From: a virus
Lineage: Duplodnaviria; Caudoviricetes
IMG/VR virus record: IMGVR_UViG_3300017903_002839
Location: 1-27,987 of that record
Length of the DNA: 27,987 bases
Direction: 5' to 3' (one strand)
The notes below the pieces were generated by a model. That model was not told the origin of the DNA, did not search any database, and saw nothing but the letters and a program-made list of their open reading frames with translations. Position 1 is the first letter of the stretch; every line of letters starts with the position of its first letter. A program made the position numbers and the translations under genes. This document shows positions 25,412-27,987 of this stretch, piece by piece.

Positions 25412-25423
25412 TAAATACACTAT

Positions 25424-27757
25424 ATGAACCCTAAAAATTCACAAGATTTATTCAATAAGATAAGATCACAGTTCTCAAACGTTAGACTTGGAGACGAAAA
25501 TGGGGCCGCTACAGCAGACCCAAGCAATGCTGTATTCTTTGAGTTCGAATTCAGAGAAGATGCAGACACATTCGGTGCAGTAAGCATCAGCCTTGCGGAC
25601 GGTGAGAACATGAAAGTGTATTACAACAGGGACCTAGTCAACAAAATAGACGAGGACAGCAAGGACGAATGGTATGCATTCCTTAAGGAATTGAAAGACT
25701 TCGCTGTGGAGCATCAACTACGTTTTGATGTGAGGGATATCACTAAAAATAACCTAACGAAGCAGGATTATCAAAATATTGCAGATACGAACAAAACGGT
25801 AAATACTGACGAGATGTCGGAAGAACTAGCAAGAATTACTAAATTAGCGGGTGTGAACGAAGGCCTTACAGGCACAGCAAAGCGTTCATACGAGAACCTA
25901 GATAAAACAAAATTAATAATCAGACACAAAGGCAAAGTGGACGAAACTGTGCCAGGTGCAAGATCAAGACAGATACAATCACTATACATAGAAAACGAAG
26001 ACGGTGAAAGATTCAAGTATCCATTAACACACCTAGCAGGTGCGAGAGCAATGACAAGACACGTTGCCAACGGCGGAAGACCGCATGATGAATTTGGACA
26101 ACACATAGTACAGACTTCTGAAGATATAGCGAAATTGAACTCCTTTTCGAGATATGTATCTAACAAAGACCAACTGAATGATAACGCAGGTGACATCATA
26201 GAACAGACTAAAATGAAACTTGAGAACCTTAGAGAATACATGAGAAATTTATCTAAACAATCACACTACGAGAATGCAAGTAAAGATTTCAAAAGTTCAG
26301 AAGAACAAATACTAGATGACGAGACAGTTGCAAAATTAAGAGAAAAATTCACGATGACAAACTTGGATAGCAGAGTTGAAGACGCTTTTCCACTTATTAA
26401 TAAAGTAATGGCAGAATTTGAGAAGACAAAAGAAGCAGAGCAGGTAAACGAACTCGAGCCAGATGCAGAGCCAATCGACGCACCTGTACAAGCACCAGTG
26501 GACCACGGTGCAGTAGTACAAAGTTTTTTAAACGATCCAGACAGCAAATTGATTTTAAGAAAAGACGATTCGGCAGACAAGATGTTAAAAGTCACAAAAT
26601 TTACAAACAAGAACACTATGTTAAGTTCTATACTTTCAGACATAGCATCAAGACTGTTGACTAAGACAGGTGAAGAAGACAGGGTGGCAAACTTTGCTTC
26701 AAGGGTGGCAGATGAGATGGAACAAGAGAATTCAGCAACATTCAAACCAACACCTGACTACATCAAGAATAAAAAAATTGCAGTGCAGTTGGCAAAGAGA
26801 TACATCGACGACTACAAGAAAATGGAGAAGGATCCAGGATATGAAAAAGAAGTTAGGATGGAGCCAGGAGCGTTCGCACCTAAGAAAGATTTAAAAGGCA
26901 AGGCAAAAGAAACAGAAGCGTTTGAAAGTTGGGTAGACAATGTAGGTGAAGCAACAATTAAACCTTACGTGTCTATGTACAAAGGCGACGACGGTAAGAT
27001 GATTTATGACGTGCTAGACAAGGACAGCAAGTCAGCGTTTCAGTCAGGCGATTACAAGGCGGCGGAAAAATACCTACACCAAAACTATGATAAACTAAAA
27101 GAAATTTCAACAGAACCAAAACAAGATCCTGAAATAGAAAAGAAGGACAAAGAGAACGCCACAAAACTAGACGTAACCAAAGCAGACAAAATGATGAATA
27201 ACCCTGCATACCAAAGAATGAAAGCAGGCGATCCTAGATATGCTGACAAAACAGAAGGTAATCAATTTGCTCAGGCAGTACAAAAAGCCAAAGCGGCAGG
27301 TATGAAAGCAGGCGATAAGTTTAAAGTTGGCGACAAAGAGTATACTTTGAAAGACGCGATCGAACTTGCTGGCTTACAATTAGAAGACTTCTTCTCAGAA
27401 GACTCTCATGACGATTGGTCAAAACTTTTGAATGCTGTGGCAGAAAGATATGGCAAAGAGAAAGCAAGAGTGATCCACGATTATGTCCAATACGGCACTG
27501 ACAGCGGACCGGAACTAATGAAAGACTATGGCTTGACACCCGGAGATGGTATGGAAGAGAATCAGCGGGAATGGTTCAAGAAGTTTCCATGGTTGGAAAA
27601 ATTAGATAAGACATCATGGATGGACCGTCTTATCAACATAGCCGGCGGAGGACCAGAGTATGGTGGAGCAGAGGTCAAATATCCCAAAGGTCTGGAATCA
27701 GTATCAGAAGAGAATCCTGAATTGGCTCGTATCAAAAACCTAGCACTTTACCAATAA
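25424..27757 (+). CDS. Large (777 aa) modular acidic protein, putative virion head protein
   Basis: TAAATA (25412-25417) before the ATG; several LAG-type helices (ELARITKLAGV, DAIELAGL, ELARIKNLA) separating modules. Confidence 0.7.
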   Translation: MNPKNSQDLFNKIRSQFSNVRLGDENGAATADPSNAVFFEFEFREDADTFGAVSISLADGENMKVYYNRDLVNKIDEDSKDEWYAFLKELKDFAVEHQLRFDVRDITKNNLTKQDYQNIADTNKTVNTDEMSEELARITKLAGVNEGLTGTAKRSYENLDKTKLIIRHKGKVDETVPGARSRQIQSLYIENEDGERFKYPLTHLAGARAMTRHVANGGRPHDEFGQHIVQTSEDIAKLNSFSRYVSNKDQLNDNAGDIIEQTKMKLENLREYMRNLSKQSHYENASKDFKSSEEQILDDETVAKLREKFTMTNLDSRVEDAFPLINKVMAEFEKTKEAEQVNELEPDAEPIDAPVQAPVDHGAVVQSFLNDPDSKLILRKDDSADKMLKVTKFTNKNTMLSSILSDIASRLLTKTGEEDRVANFASRVADEMEQENSATFKPTPDYIKNKKIAVQLAKRYIDDYKKMEKDPGYEKEVRMEPGAFAPKKDLKGKAKETEAFESWVDNVGEATIKPYVSMYKGDDGKMIYDVLDKDSKSAFQSGDYKAAEKYLHQNYDKLKEISTEPKQDPEIEKKDKENATKLDVTKADKMMNNPAYQRMKAGDPRYADKTEGNQFAQAVQKAKAAGMKAGDKFKVGDKEYTLKDAIELAGLQLEDFFSEDSHDDWSKLLNAVAERYGKEKARVIHDYVQYGTDSGPELMKDYGLTPGDGMEENQREWFKKFPWLEKLDKTSWMDRLINIAGGGPEYGGAEVKYPKGLESVSEENPELARIKNLALYQ

Positions 27758-27763
27758 TACTAG

Positions 27764-27792
27764 TAGACATTAGATAAATATAGTTGTATATT
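27764..27792 (+). promoter_or_regulatory. Nested sigma70-like (TAGACA-17-TATATT) and late (TAAATA 27775-27780) promoters
   Basis: TAGACA 27764-27769 and TATATT 27787-27792, with TAAATA inside the spacer. Confidence 0.55.
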
Positions 27793-27860
27793 ACGTACTA
27801 TATGTCTGATATACATTTAGGCAACAACAAACATAGGCACAATAAAAGGAGGCTTACATT

Positions 27861-27987
27861 ATGGCATCATTGGCTGAAATAAGAGCGAAACTAAAATCTC
27901 AAGAAGTGAATCGCTCCACTTCATCAACAGGCGGCGACAACGCCATCTACCCACACTGGAACATATCAGAAGGCTCAGAAGCAGTAG
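27861..27987 (+). CDS. gp32: ssDNA-binding protein (T4 gp32-like), N-terminal part; runs off window
   Basis: SD AGGAGG; translates as MASLAEIRAKLKSQEVNRSTSSTGGDNAIYPHWNISEGSEAV, matching the gp32-like N-terminus (helix, S/G linker, D...W). Not in the ORF track because it is truncated. Confidence 0.75.
   Translation, partial: MASLAEIRAKLKSQEVNRSTSSTGGDNAIYPHWNISEGSEAV

Overview
An AT-rich, gene-dense 28 kb segment of a T4-superfamily (myovirus) phage genome, only distantly related to T4 and probably from an aquatic host. It covers the virion morphogenesis region: end of the prohead scaffold, major capsid protein, fibre-like structural proteins, neck proteins gp13/gp14/gp15 (gp14-gp15 inverted), a very long tail sheath, tail tube, tube-initiator-like protein, head-completion nuclease, small and large terminase, and acidic putative internal-head proteins. 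The start of a gp32-like ssDNA-binding protein lies at the right edge. Interspersed are a sulfotransferase-like gene, a small membrane protein, a Nudix hydrolase, a dNMP kinase and a degenerate HNH/zinc-finger protein. Four observations stand out. (1) A 78-nt four-way-junction RNA leader (2519-2596) whose closing helix competes with a hairpin burying the Shine-Dalgarno of a structural gene. (2) A pervasive leaderless architecture, with TAAATA or sigma70 -10 boxes 4-8 nt before ATGs that have no SD. (3) A short helical 'LAG' motif shared by the scaffold C-terminus and several acidic proteins, together with a T4 capsid-targeting-like N-terminus. (4) An in-frame TAA splitting one gene. All product calls come from motif recognition and synteny; no database searches were run.
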